In this document: piece after piece, positions 1-8,739 of the stretch
How positions within the stretch are numbered: position 1 is the first letter of the stretch
Layout of the letters: every line of letters starts with the position of its first letter
IMG/VR virus record: IMGVR_UViG_3300043442_000932
Coordinates: 1-59,422 of that record
Length of the DNA: 59,422 nucleotides
From: a virus
Lineage: Duplodnaviria > Caudoviricetes
Strand: one strand, 5' to 3'
Program-made: the position numbers and the translations under genes
Notes under the pieces: generated by a model
What the model was told of the DNA's origin: nothing
What the model saw: only the letters and a program-made list of their open reading frames with translations
Databases searched by the model: none

Positions 1-452
1 CAGAAGCGGAAGTCGGATAGATCTACTCCGTGCTCGCGCTCGGTGTCGAGCACAAGTTTACGAATGACCGAGATCTTGGCAAAGTCGTCAGGGTAGACGC
101 CTTGGTGGTCCTTCGGATTGTAGAACGACGACGTCGACTCAGGAAGCCGCATGCCGGCGAAGACCGCGTTCTCTACCGGGATCCAATTGTTCTTCCCATT
201 GTCGTAACCGTATGCGAGCATGATCGTCGCGGCGACCGCGTTCACTGGCTTTAGTTCTCTGCCAGCTCGGACGTACATCTCAAGATTCTTGTACTCCATC
301 GGCTTTGAGTAGATCCACAGACAGTCCTTCAACGCCAGCCGCACTCGAGATCCCGGCGGACCAAGTTTCGTCATGAGGATGACCTCGGCGGCCGGGTCTT
401 CGTAGTCGAAGTCGTCGATCTGGTGCTTGGGTGTGACTAAGACGGCCCGCAT
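1..452 (-). CDS. hypothetical protein, 3'-truncated by window edge
   Basis: Manual translation from ATG at 452 (MRAVLVTPKHQIDDFDYED...) is open to base 1; TAATG overlap with the upstream gene stop. Confidence 0.7.
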   Translation of the reverse strand, partial: MRAVLVTPKHQIDDFDYEDPAAEVILMTKLGPPGSRVRLALKDCLWIYSKPMEYKNLEMYVRAGRELKPVNAVAATIMLAYGYDNGKNNWIPVENAVFAGMRLPESTSSFYNPKDHQGVYPDDFAKISVIRKLVLDTEREHGVDLSDFRF

Positions 453-970
453 TAGAAGATCTGGAATCCGCCGCAGTGTCGCAAGAACTGGGCGAACTCG
501 TCGACGTTCGAGACATCGAACGGATAGTTCGACATGAAGTTCGCCTGTGATCCGTGGCCGTCGCAGCCGTTGCACCAGCCGAACTCACGTCCGTACAGGC
601 TCGCCTGCTCGGGAGTCAACTTCTTGTCGTGGTAGCCGTACTGGATACCGACTTCGTCTCTGCGGATTCCGGTCTCGTCACACAGCGAGCAGGCTTCGCG
701 CGGAAGGCTGCCCAGGTGTTCGCGGTACGCAGTCTCGTACTCTTTCGTGTGGCCCGAGCGGATCGCCTCTTCGAGTGCGTCCGCGAGACGGATTGAGTCC
801 TCTGCGTCAAGTCCATCGCCCGAGTTGCTGTGGCCTTCTTCGACCTTCTCGCAAACATCCGGCAAGACCTCGCAGCAGTAGTTCCAAAGCGGGTGCCACC
901 ACCACACGTTGTTGCGGAAGTACTCGCCCGCATCGTCTGTGGGGTTCTTCCCCATCACGTCCATTCCCAT
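452..970 (-). CDS. hypothetical protein with CxxCxxxG zinc-finger pair
   Basis: 172 aa; CSLCDETG...CNGCDGHG; RBS GAAGGAG; downstream of repeat element. Confidence 0.8.
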   Translation of the reverse strand: MGMDVMGKNPTDDAGEYFRNNVWWWHPLWNYCCEVLPDVCEKVEEGHSNSGDGLDAEDSIRLADALEEAIRSGHTKEYETAYREHLGSLPREACSLCDETGIRRDEVGIQYGYHDKKLTPEQASLYGREFGWCNGCDGHGSQANFMSNYPFDVSNVDEFAQFLRHCGGFQIF

Positions 971-1014
971 GATTGTCTCCTTCGTCGTTGGTTGTTGATT
1001 CTATTATACTAACT

Positions 1015-1227
1015 TTAGTTCTTCTTCGAGAGGTCGGGGTCGAGCGAGTTGCACGCCTTGACGACCTTCTCGTAGTCCGAGTTCTTCATCCGCAGTGGAT
1101 CGGTAAGCATCGACTTGATCTTGCGAACGGTGACACCCGACTTGTCCGCGACTTCGTTGATGCCTATCCGCATCACCCAGCCGTACGTTGCGATCACTCG
1201 CTCTTCTAGCGCATCTAGCATTCCCAT
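1015..1227 (-). CDS. small HTH (XRE/Cro-like) DNA-binding protein
   Basis: 70 aa; IGINEVADKSGVTVRKIKSML resembles a helix-turn-helix; stop TAA lies inside the repeat element. Confidence 0.55.
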   Translation of the reverse strand: MGMLDALEERVIATYGWVMRIGINEVADKSGVTVRKIKSMLTDPLRMKNSDYEKVVKACNSLDPDLSKKN

Positions 1228-1266
1228 GTGCGTCCCTTCGTGTTGGTAGTATCTATTATAACAACT

Positions 1267-1437
1267 TTAGATTCCGAAGTGGAAGACCAAGTTGTCGTGA
1301 AGTTCCTCGTCTGTCCCGGCGATGTTCTTGATGATCTCGACCAGGATGTCGTACTCGTCCACGTCCGGGAAGTCGGCCCGCGCGTCTTCAAGTCCTTCGT
1401 TCACTTCAGCGATTGATTCCAAGAGTGTGTTGCTCAT
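1267..1437 (-). CDS. small acidic hypothetical protein (probably leaderless)
   Basis: 56 aa MSNTLLESIAEVNEGLEDARADF...; ATG 7 nt after TATAAT; stop inside next element. Confidence 0.7.
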   Translation of the reverse strand: MSNTLLESIAEVNEGLEDARADFPDVDEYDILVEIIKNIAGTDEELHDNLVFHFGI

Positions 1438-1456
1438 GGTATCCATTATACTAACT

Positions 1457-1621
1457 TTAGTTCTTAGACTTTCCCTTTAGTTCCATGACAATCGTGCTCG
1501 ACGTGTGCTTTTCTTGGTTTTGGCACATCGGCGGCTCAGACACCCGCACGTGGACGGTGATCGAGGTTCCGCACTTCGGGCAAACATACGTGTCGTTTCT
1601 TTTCGGCTTTTTCTCTTCCAT
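1457..1621 (-). CDS. small zinc-ribbon-like protein
   Basis: 54 aa MEEKKPKRNDTYVCPKCGTSITVH...PMC...H; stop inside the element. Confidence 0.6.
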   Translation of the reverse strand: MEEKKPKRNDTYVCPKCGTSITVHVRVSEPPMCQNQEKHTSSTIVMELKGKSKN

Positions 1622-1636
1622 AGTCGTACGACAGTA

Positions 1637-1921
1637 TCACTTAGCCAGTCGCATTCGCTCTTTCTTGGCTTTTCTACGCGCGACGCGGCGCTCGTTGAGA
1701 GTAAGTCCGCCCCAGACTCCGAAGTCGTCGTTTTCCATCGCGTATGTGAGACACACTTCTTTGACAACGCAGATCGCGCAGAGCGCTTTAGCCTTTGCTA
1801 CATTTGACTTTTTCTTGTCGTCAAAGAACAAGTTTCCTCGTCCGCGGCATGCTCCACGTCCGTGCCACTCGGGTCTCTCTGGGTAGCTCACATCTTCGGT
1901 GAACGTTATTCGTTTTGCCAT
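1637..1921 (-). CDS. whiB: WhiB family Fe-S transcription factor
   Basis: Four Cys (AC...LCAICVVKEVCL) and GVWGG turn followed by a basic C-terminal helix. Confidence 0.93.
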   Translation of the reverse strand: MAKRITFTEDVSYPERPEWHGRGACRGRGNLFFDDKKKSNVAKAKALCAICVVKEVCLTYAMENDDFGVWGGLTLNERRVARRKAKKERMRLAK

Positions 1922-1972
1922 TCTCTTCGTCCTTTCAAACTGTCACCCGCGGCGGCATGCGCCACGTATCAA

Positions 1973-2674
1973 TTATAACTTCTTTAGTTTTTTCGCCCGG
2001 GCAGGGCTCTTCGCTTTCTTCGCTTTCTTCGCTTTCTTCGTCGCTGGTTTCTTTTTCGGCTGCCTTGTGTACTTGCGCTCGATCGGACCAGACTGAGACA
2101 AGATGTGGAACGGCGGACCTGATCCAGAGTCAAGTCTTGCGCCGACCTCGAGCGCCTTGCGGACGATGTTCTTTGTCTTTTCTACGTGAAGCTCGCGCTT
2201 TGGACCGAACATTCCGTGCAGAGCGCCGAGCGCGTAGTCTCCTCCGCTGCCGGCCGCATAGATCCCGTACGTGTCTCGAGCCCAGGCGTAGTCGGAGTCG
2301 ATCTCGTAGATCGTCCCGTTGACTACGACCAGAACAGTAGAGTTGTGCACGGCGCCTTCCTCGGACCCCTTGACCGCGTAGCCTTGGTCTTCGAAACACT
2401 TCCGCAACGCGGGAATGAACTTCGTGGTCATGAAGCGATCGAGTTTGACTCCGATGAGGTCGTCCGGTTTCGGCGGATTGAACGCGTACGAAAGAAGGTT
2501 GATCGCGCGGACGTCACCGGCCGCACCGATCAAGTAGTCTCCGTTCTTGGCGATCTTCTCAATTCCGCGCCCGAGAGTAGAGACTCTGTTCACGGTGTCT
2601 GTGCCGTACGACACACGGGAGTCGAATCCGACGATGGCCCAACCCGCTCCCTGAACTGCAACTATGGTTGTCAT
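1973..2674 (-). CDS. Ntn-hydrolase / proteasome-beta (HslV-like) protease with Lys-rich tail
   Basis: N-terminal MTTIVAV...DSRVS, conserved K (EKI), GAAGD, AGSGGDYALGAL, SG; C-terminal KKAKKAKK tail. Confidence 0.82.
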   Translation of the reverse strand: MTTIVAVQGAGWAIVGFDSRVSYGTDTVNRVSTLGRGIEKIAKNGDYLIGAAGDVRAINLLSYAFNPPKPDDLIGVKLDRFMTTKFIPALRKCFEDQGYAVKGSEEGAVHNSTVLVVVNGTIYEIDSDYAWARDTYGIYAAGSGGDYALGALHGMFGPKRELHVEKTKNIVRKALEVGARLDSGSGPPFHILSQSGPIERKYTRQPKKKPATKKAKKAKKAKSPARAKKLKKL

Positions 2675-2680
2675 TGGTCC

Positions 2681-3001
2681 TTAGATCTTGTCGATAATGC
2701 TCACCGGAACGGTGATCAGCTTTGACTCAACCTTACCATTATTCATTGCAGCAAAGCGGCCAACTGGATTCTCCAGTCGTACTACGACCTTGGTCTTCTT
2801 CTTGTTGACGATCACCGCGGTGTGTCCTTGAATGTACTTCGTGCCGCAGTAGTCATTGAAGATGACCCTGTCGCCTACGAGATACTCTCCGGACGTGCGA
2901 GAACTCCGCATCGAGATCTGCCGAGCCTTTGCGGCCTTTTGGATCTCTTCAAGTACTGCGTCATACGTGCCGCTCGTGATCTCATCGAGAATCGTTGTCA
3001 T
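2681..3001 (-). CDS. hypothetical protein (SH3/KOW-like C-terminus)
   Basis: 106 aa; VGDRVIF...GHTAVIV; RBS AGGAGG. Confidence 0.7.
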   Translation of the reverse strand: MTTILDEITSGTYDAVLEEIQKAAKARQISMRSSRTSGEYLVGDRVIFNDYCGTKYIQGHTAVIVNKKKTKVVVRLENPVGRFAAMNNGKVESKLITVPVSIIDKI

Positions 3002-3173
3002 GTGTGTCCCTCCTATTCTTTGGTTGTGTTGGTTGTGATTGTTAGATCTACCAAGCCCGGCGGCGTCGACGGCGTCGGCTTGAGCGCCTGTGGGTTACGC
3101 CTTTGGCGAACCTGTATGCCTTTCGTGCCTTGAGGATGTGGTAGACCATGATTCCATTATAATAACTTTAGTT

Positions 3174-3422
3174 TCAGGACTCCCACTCGCAGGCAAAGAA
3201 CGCGGACTTCCTGTCCTGTGCAATGTTGAGCATTTGGCTCACCATGTCAAAGAACTGGTCCGCTTCAATGTCGTCCCCGTCCCAGACGGTGATCTCATCT
3301 CCGAAGTAGCCCGCATCGGCTGCCGCAGGTGTGAATGTGAAGTTCACTATCTTTCCGTGCTCAACCTGTGCGAACATGGTGCCTGGCACCATGACGGTGG
3401 TCTTGATCTCTTCTTTCTTCAT
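3174..3422 (-). CDS. hypothetical protein
   Basis: 82 aa; RBS GAAAGGA; TGA overlaps the element. Confidence 0.75.
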   Translation of the reverse strand: MKKEEIKTTVMVPGTMFAQVEHGKIVNFTFTPAAADAGYFGDEITVWDGDDIEADQFFDMVSQMLNIAQDRKSAFFACEWES

Positions 3423-3494
3423 GTGTCTTTGGGTCCTTTCGTTGTTTCCCTGGTATTCATTATAACAACTTTAGTTCTAGTGCTGATCGAGTGA

Positions 3495-3710
3495 TTACGC
3501 TACGACAGCGTTGTTTACGCGCACGCTGAAGCCAACGTACTTGTTGGTATTCGCCAGTTGACGAAGAGTTTCGCGTTGTTCGGGATTGAGAAGATCAAGA
3601 AGTTCTTGATACGAATCGCTTGTAATCAAGACCGCTGGAATCGAATTGAACTCGAAACCAGAAACAGTGACTTGATACGGATAATCGGGATTGAGGATTG
3701 GATTGTTCAT
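3495..3710 (-). CDS. hypothetical protein (low-GC cassette)
   Basis: 71 aa; RBS GAAAGGAC; after element at 3738. Confidence 0.7.
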   Translation of the reverse strand: MNNPILNPDYPYQVTVSGFEFNSIPAVLITSDSYQELLDLLNPEQRETLRQLANTNKYVGFSVRVNNAVVA

Positions 3711-3766
3711 GATGTCCTTTCGTAGGTTGTATGATCCATTATAACAACTTTAGTTTCACGCACTAC

Positions 3767-3811
3767 AAACCCCCGCCGAGACTCCTCACTGGAAGTCTTA
3801 TCGACGGGGGT
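3767..3811 (-). terminator. probable intrinsic terminator
   Basis: CCCCCGTCGA...TCGGCGGGGG stem followed by TTTGT on the minus strand. Confidence 0.55.
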
Positions 3812-3852
3812 CGTTCACTACACTCTTCCTGTAGTAGTAGTAGCGACTTGCG

Positions 3853-4044
3853 TCAGCGGCACTTCACGATCTTCCAGTACTTCCAGCACTGTTGATTGAT
3901 CTTGTTGTAGCCGATGTAGCGTGTGCCTTGCGGCATTCTCCACTCCGCAGGCGGAAGCGGATCATTCGCGGCGCTCACGCTCTGCGTGAACGGCGCGAGT
4001 GACGCGATTGCGATCGAGACCGCGATGATTGACTTTTTCACCAC
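3853..4044 (-). CDS. small secreted protein
   Basis: GTG start; KKSIIAVSIAIASLAPFTQSVSA signal-peptide-like. Confidence 0.65.
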   Translation of the reverse strand: MVKKSIIAVSIAIASLAPFTQSVSAANDPLPPAEWRMPQGTRYIGYNKINQQCWKYWKIVKCR

Positions 4045-4154
4045 GGCTTCTTTCCGCCCTTGTTGCGCGAGACGATGAGTCCCACGATCAAGAACGTCGC
4101 GACTGACCACGCGACCGCGGCTGCGGTGTTGTAGAACTCCAGTTGAATGTTCAT
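4038..4154 (-). CDS. small single-TM membrane protein
   Basis: 38 aa MNIQLEFYNTAAAVAWSVATFLIVGLIVSRNK...; RBS AGGAGA. Confidence 0.6.
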   Translation of the reverse strand: MNIQLEFYNTAAAVAWSVATFLIVGLIVSRNKGGKKPW

Positions 4155-4237
4155 GGTTTCTCTCCTGTTGTTGGTTGTTGTTTGCCGAAGCAGCGGAGCC
4201 GATCCTCGCGGACCGGACTCCGCAGCCTCGAGAGAGA

Positions 4238-4489
4238 CTAGACCTCGTAAGCGACTGCGTAGCCGCTCGAGAGCTTGTCCCACTTCTTGTTGCTCGCCAT
4301 CGCGAGTGCCGCCTGGTTGCTGCTGCACACGATGGTTTGAGTCTTGCGCTGAACCTTCTCAGCCATTCCCCACGAGAAGGTGACGACTCTGCCGCTCACC
4401 TGAATCTCGTAGACCTTCTTCTTTCCAGTCTGTCCGCGACCCATCGGGCCACAGTCACTCGCCTTGAGAAGTGCGATCTTCTTGTCCAT
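4238..4489 (-). CDS. WGR-domain protein
   Basis: KKVYEIQVSGRVVTFSWGM...A...K..DKLSSGY matches the WGR fold pattern (WGR to WGM). Confidence 0.65.
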   Translation of the reverse strand: MDKKIALLKASDCGPMGRGQTGKKKVYEIQVSGRVVTFSWGMAEKVQRKTQTIVCSSNQAALAMASNKKWDKLSSGYAVAYEV

Positions 4490-4551
4490 TGTCCTTTGTC
4501 CTTTCGTCGGGGCCTTTCGGCCTTGTATGATCCATTATAACAACTTTAGTT

Positions 4552-5352
4552 TCACCGCCCTAGGGTCTGGTGGTTGACCAGGTGGTTGCGCAGGGCCGGG
4601 TCCCTGACCACATGGTCGTAGTTGGCCAAGAATAGGCCCATCGGATTGCCAGTGTCCCACCGGAGGCCTCCAGATGCGTACCCACGCAGTGAGCCTGCCT
4701 CCGCGGCCATCTGCAGCGCGTCTGTCAACTGGACCTCTCCTAGAGCCCCTGGCGGGCAATCCAGCAAGTAGTCCATGATCTCGGGTCCAAGGACGTACCG
4801 GCCGATGATGGCCATGTCACTTGGAGCATCGTCTGCCGCCGGCTTCTCGACGACCCGAGAGATCCTCGAGTCCTCGTGCATGTCCGCGATCCCGTACCTG
4901 TGCACTTCTGACCGCGGCACTCGCTGAAGCATAACGACACTGTCGCCTGTCCGCGTGTACTCCGCGCACATCTGTTGAAGCGGCTCCCACGTTCCCATGA
5001 TCTCGTCCGGCAACAAGACAACGAACGGCTCACCAGCAACGGCGTCGCGAGCGCAGCCAACCGCATGGCCGAGGCCATTGGGCTCATCTTGGTAGACGAT
5101 CTCGATCTGCGACGAGCACCACACGAGTTCGGCGAACACGTTGATCGCCGGCTTGTTTCTGCTGGACACAAGAATGATCCGCTCGACACCCGCGCTGAGC
5201 GCCTCGCTGATCACGTACTGAAGAGCCGGCGTGTCGTAGATCGGCAGCAACTCCTTCGGCACGTAGAAACTCGCCGGTGCGAACCGGGAGCCCACGCCCG
5301 CGACCGGGATCACCGCGGTACGGACGTTCGTCGTTGTTTGTACGTTCGTCAT
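4552..5352 (-). CDS. galU: UTP--glucose-1-phosphate uridylyltransferase
   Basis: AVIPVAGVGSRF.P....PKELLPI, QDEPNGLGHAV, YG, VEKP, AIIGRYVL, GEVQLTDAL, RWDTGN. Confidence 0.92.
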   Translation of the reverse strand: MTNVQTTTNVRTAVIPVAGVGSRFAPASFYVPKELLPIYDTPALQYVISEALSAGVERIILVSSRNKPAINVFAELVWCSSQIEIVYQDEPNGLGHAVGCARDAVAGEPFVVLLPDEIMGTWEPLQQMCAEYTRTGDSVVMLQRVPRSEVHRYGIADMHEDSRISRVVEKPAADDAPSDMAIIGRYVLGPEIMDYLLDCPPGALGEVQLTDALQMAAEAGSLRGYASGGLRWDTGNPMGLFLANYDHVVRDPALRNHLVNHQTLGR

Positions 5353-5371
5353 GTCTCTCCTAAGTTTGGAA

Positions 5372-5414
5372 GCGTCCGGTGGAGGAGGAAAGGAAACTCA
5401 ACCCCACCGGACGC
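5372..5414 (-). terminator. stem-loop with CU-rich loop
   Basis: GCGTCCGGTGG...CCACCGGACGC 11-bp stem, inner loop TTTCCTTTC (minus strand). Confidence 0.5.
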
Positions 5415-5424
5415 GATCTTTATC

Positions 5425-5616
5425 CTACGACACGAAGTCGTAGGAAACCTCAACGTCCTCTCTGTTGAACCAGCCGTACCAGCCATCTTCCAACGACCGC
5501 ACGTGGAGAATGTCGTCGTGCGGGTGACCGGCCAGCGCGTACCGCAGACCGTGGTTGTGCAGAGTCTGCCTCACGCTCTTCCGCACACCCTTCGCGGGAC
5601 TTAGCCACACGTTCAC
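5425..5616 (-). CDS. hypothetical protein
   Basis: GTG start overlapping upstream TGA; VNVWLSPAKGVRKSVRQ...GWYGWF. Confidence 0.6.
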   Translation of the reverse strand: MNVWLSPAKGVRKSVRQTLHNHGLRYALAGHPHDDILHVRSLEDGWYGWFNREDVEVSYDFVS

Positions 5617-5753
5617 GCGGCCCAGTCCTTCCCGCGACACGCCTTGCGGCTCGCCTCACGACGCTTGTTCGGCATCGTCTGCGCCCGCAGCCGCACTCCG
5701 GCTTGGAATGCTTTGCGATCTTCATCGCTCCACTTGTTGATCGGCTTCTTCAT
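5613..5753 (-). CDS. small basic protein (probably leaderless)
   Basis: MKKPINKWSDEDRKAF...LRAQTMPNKRREASRKACRG; ATG 7 nt after TATAAT. Confidence 0.65.
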   Translation of the reverse strand: MKKPINKWSDEDRKAFQAGVRLRAQTMPNKRREASRKACRGKDWAA

Positions 5754-5778
5754 AGTATCCATTATACTATCTTTAGTT

Positions 5779-6000
5779 TCAGCCGAGGCAGAACGCCGAG
5801 CCCGCGCTGTCGATTCCAAACAGCGCACCCGCATCGTTCCCCTCGGTGTCCATCGACGGGTATAGGACTACGCCTGTTGAGAGCACGACGCACGCCGGCA
5901 CCTCACGCTTCATCCAGCCTTCTGCCTTCATCTCGTCCGCAGTCATGGGACGGATTGCGACGACTGTCGCTCCAATGATCGGGTCGCTCATGTTAGTCAC
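5779..6000 (-). CDS. hypothetical protein
   Basis: 73 aa; IRPMTADEMKAEGW...YPSMDTEGNDAGALFG; TGA overlaps the element. Confidence 0.75.
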   Translation of the reverse strand: MTNMSDPIIGATVVAIRPMTADEMKAEGWMKREVPACVVLSTGVVLYPSMDTEGNDAGALFGIDSAGSAFCLG

Positions 6001-6466
6001 CCGAGTAGTTGTTGAAGGAGGTGGTCACGTACTCTTCCTTGCCGCATCGCGAGCAGGTGTGTTTGTAGCCGCGGTCGTACGTTCCGAGCACGTAGTTGTC
6101 GTGCGCTGTGTAATCGCGACGCTCGCCCCACTTGTGATTGCAGATGCTCCGCATCCAGGCGATCGCTTGCTTCGGACTTTGCATGAACCACGGGTAGTAG
6201 AGACGGACCGCGTAACTCCAGCCGGTCACCGCTGCTCGCCAGTTCATCATGTAGAACTCGAAGTCCTTGTCGTCTTCCGACAACTCGCGTGCGACCGCTT
6301 CGGCTTCGGCGAGCATATCCGCGGGGATCTTGCTCGCGTTCTTGTACCAGGGCAGGCGCTCTGGCTCTCTGTTGTGAACGACGCAGAAGGTGATCATGCC
6401 GTAGCCTGGCACCTCTTCACGTGTCGTGCTCATTCCCATTGGGGCTCTTGTCTTTGTCTTGCTCAT
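5993..6466 (-). CDS. hypothetical protein with CxH/CxxC zinc motif
   Basis: 157 aa; ICNHKW...TCSRCG; RBS GAAAGGACAA. Confidence 0.75.
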   Translation of the reverse strand: MSKTKTRAPMGMSTTREEVPGYGMITFCVVHNREPERLPWYKNASKIPADMLAEAEAVARELSEDDKDFEFYMMNWRAAVTGWSYAVRLYYPWFMQSPKQAIAWMRSICNHKWGERRDYTAHDNYVLGTYDRGYKHTCSRCGKEEYVTTSFNNYSGD

Positions 6467-6517
6467 CGGTTTGTCCTTTCGTTGTGAACCGTAAGATCCA
6501 TTATACTAACTTTAGTT

Positions 6518-6766
6518 TCATCCGCCGGCAAACTCGTCTTCTTCGTCTTCGCCGAGCGGCGGGAAGACTCCCTGCTCGTCCCACTCGTTCACGAGATCGG
6601 CGCCGGCCTCGGCCATCATCGCCCAGTACGTGTACAGAAGATCGGCCTCACCCGCATCAGCCTCGAGTTTGAGGTTGGTGTACCCGCCGTCGTTCGGCAA
6701 GGTGTACAAGATCTCAACTCCATCGTCGAGACGCTGCACCTTGATGATCCCGCCTGCGGGCATCAT
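6518..6766 (-). CDS. hypothetical acidic protein
   Basis: 82 aa; ATGA coupling with upstream gene; TGA overlaps the element. Confidence 0.7.
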   Translation of the reverse strand: MMPAGGIIKVQRLDDGVEILYTLPNDGGYTNLKLEADAGEADLLYTYWAMMAEAGADLVNEWDEQGVFPPLGEDEEDEFAGG

Positions 6767-6993
6767 GACGCCACCGCGCTGCTGAAGTCGACGACCGGGA
6801 CCAGAGAACGAGTGACTCGGCCGACGAGCGCGTCCATCGACTCGTCACCTTCTTGGTGGACGAAGTACGCAGTCTCGAAGTCAGAGCGCTTGAACTTGAC
6901 GACGACGTAGGTGGGCCACACGACGATCTCGATCGTCGGCGCCTCTACTCGTGAGGTGTCAGTTACTCCGTGGCTGTAGATGGTGGTTGACAT
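6763..6993 (-). CDS. hypothetical protein
   Basis: 76 aa; RBS GAAAGGACAA. Confidence 0.7.
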   Translation of the reverse strand: MSTTIYSHGVTDTSRVEAPTIEIVVWPTYVVVKFKRSDFETAYFVHQEGDESMDALVGRVTRSLVPVVDFSSAVAS

Positions 6994-7112
6994 TGCTTAG
7001 TTGTCCTTTCGTCGTTGGTTTGGTATTCCTGGATTCTATTATAACAACTTTAGTTTCCCGACCGAGCCCGGGCTAGGCTACCGATCTCGGTAACCCGCCC
7101 GGGTTGAGTTGA

Positions 7113-7445
7113 TCAGAAGAATCTGATGCTATTCAGAGAACGCCTGAACTTGAGAAAGTTATGAGTTTCAAAGAACTCACGAACCGCAACCTCAAACTCC
7201 TGCTTTACTTCTGAATAATCTGAGTTCACTCCTTCAACGAATCCGCGATCATAATCATCGGACTCAAGATTATCAGCGATCTCGCACTCCACATCATCAA
7301 TTACCGGGATCTCGAGATCGACGCACAATCCTTGGATTGAGTTATAGACGAGATACTCTCTATCTCCGCCCGCATACTCAAGAATCGCCTCATCAATTCC
7401 ATTCAGCGAATCTGCCAACTTCATACTTACCATTGACTTGTTCAT
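7113..7445 (-). CDS. hypothetical acidic protein (low-GC cassette)
   Basis: 110 aa; RBS GAAAGGAC; AT-richer codons than neighbours. Confidence 0.7.
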   Translation of the reverse strand: MNKSMVSMKLADSLNGIDEAILEYAGGDREYLVYNSIQGLCVDLEIPVIDDVECEIADNLESDDYDRGFVEGVNSDYSEVKQEFEVAVREFFETHNFLKFRRSLNSIRFF

Positions 7446-7492
7446 ACACTGTCCTTTCAGCGTTTGTTGATTCTATTATAATAACTTTAGTT

Positions 7493-7648
7493 TCAGCAAG
7501 GAGGATACCCATTCTTCACTCGCCACTCATTCAACTCGCGAATGATCTTCAACATCTCAGCAATCACCTCAGCAGAGTTCTCACCGCTGCCTTCAATCAC
7601 TTCGACGAACCCCTCAGCCATCTCTCGAACTTGCCCTCTCATCTTCAT
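7493..7648 (-). CDS. small hypothetical protein
   Basis: 51 aa MKMRGQVREMAEGFVEVIE...; fills the interval between two elements; TGA overlaps the element. Confidence 0.65.
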   Translation of the reverse strand: MKMRGQVREMAEGFVEVIEGSGENSAEVIAEMLKIIRELNEWRVKNGYPPC

Positions 7649-7687
7649 CCTTTCGTAGGTTGTAACACCATTATAACAACTTTAGTT

Positions 7688-7858
7688 TCAGACAGGGCAC
7701 GACTCGATCGCGTCACGAGCGTGGAATCGTCTCTCGAAGCCGCATTCTTTGCAGACCTCGGAGAGTCTCTTCTCTTCTCGAGCGAGATCGTCTACGATCC
7801 GCCTTCGGCCGGCCTTGCGGCCGATCCGGTAGGCGACGTAGGTCGAGAGTAGACCCAC
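7688..7858 (-). CDS. small CxxC protein
   Basis: 56 aa, GTG start, MGLLSTYVAYRIGRK...VCKECG...H...CP; TGA overlaps the element. Confidence 0.6.
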   Translation of the reverse strand: MGLLSTYVAYRIGRKAGRRRIVDDLAREEKRLSEVCKECGFERRFHARDAIESCPV

Positions 7859-8059
7859 CTAGGAATCCTGACCGTCATCGAACGGCAACGCGTCCTGGCC
7901 TGAAGTCTCGCGCAGAAGTTGCGCGACGACGTTGTGCCTCTCTGCGTCGGGCGTTTGCGCGACGATGTCCCACTCGTCCTCGGTGAAGTTCGGCGCGTCG
8001 GTGAGGAGGATGTCCTCCGCATCTCCGTACGATCCGTCCTTAGCGAAGTAGTACAGCAT
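7859..8059 (-). CDS. hypothetical protein
   Basis: 66 aa MLYYFAKDGSYGDA; RBS GAAAGGAG. Confidence 0.7.
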   Translation of the reverse strand: MLYYFAKDGSYGDAEDILLTDAPNFTEDEWDIVAQTPDAERHNVVAQLLRETSGQDALPFDDGQDS

Positions 8060-8091
8060 GTTGTCTCCTTTCGTAATCCATTATACTAACT

Positions 8092-8448
8092 TTAGTTTCC
8101 CTCGGCCCACGCCAGGACACCCGTCTCATCTTTCTTTCCGACTAGCACGCCTGATCCACTCGGGTGCGGCTTCCACGCCCACTCGCAGCACGGCACGCTG
8201 TCTTCGCACGGATGAAGTCCTGGGACGAGCGTAGCCGCAAGGCGAGGGAATGCCCGCAAGAAGTGAAGAACACAGTCGTGGCACAGAACCCAAACCTCAG
8301 GGTCTTCGATCTCCTCCCACGGCTCGTTGTCCGTGAAGCCGCCGTAGTGCCCAAGCGCTCTGAACGGTATCGTGATCCCGCCCTCAACTTGATGCTTGTT
8401 TCCAAACAGCGTCTTCTGCTCGAACCCGCACGCGTCGCACTCTGTCAT
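8092..8448 (-). CDS. Cys-rich hypothetical protein
   Basis: 118 aa; CDAC, CHDC, HPC...CC; stop inside the element. Confidence 0.7.
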   Translation of the reverse strand: MTECDACGFEQKTLFGNKHQVEGGITIPFRALGHYGGFTDNEPWEEIEDPEVWVLCHDCVLHFLRAFPRLAATLVPGLHPCEDSVPCCEWAWKPHPSGSGVLVGKKDETGVLAWAEGN

Positions 8449-8739
8449 CTACGAGACACGCGCCCAGGTCCAGGTCTGCTTGCCGTAGCGGCATGACGCA
8501 GAGTCGAAGTGTTCAAGCACCTTGGCTGAGATCATCTGCACGGCCTCGCGCTTGGTCGTGCCCGACCCCATCGGGTCCGAGTCGTACAGTCCGCGCATGA
8601 CCCACGGATCAGAGTGACTGTATGTCTCGTCGTAGGTGACGTAGCCGAGTTGAATCGGATCGTCGTTCGCGTACTTTGCGAAGACGTCCCACGTCATGTC
8701 CGCACGCTTGCGAGTGTAGATGTCGACGATGAAACTCAC
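8449..8739 (-). CDS. hypothetical protein
   Basis: 96 aa, translationally coupled ORF. Confidence 0.65.
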   Translation of the reverse strand: MSFIVDIYTRKRADMTWDVFAKYANDDPIQLGYVTYDETYSHSDPWVMRGLYDSDPMGSGTTKREAVQMISAKVLEHFDSASCRYGKQTWTWARVS

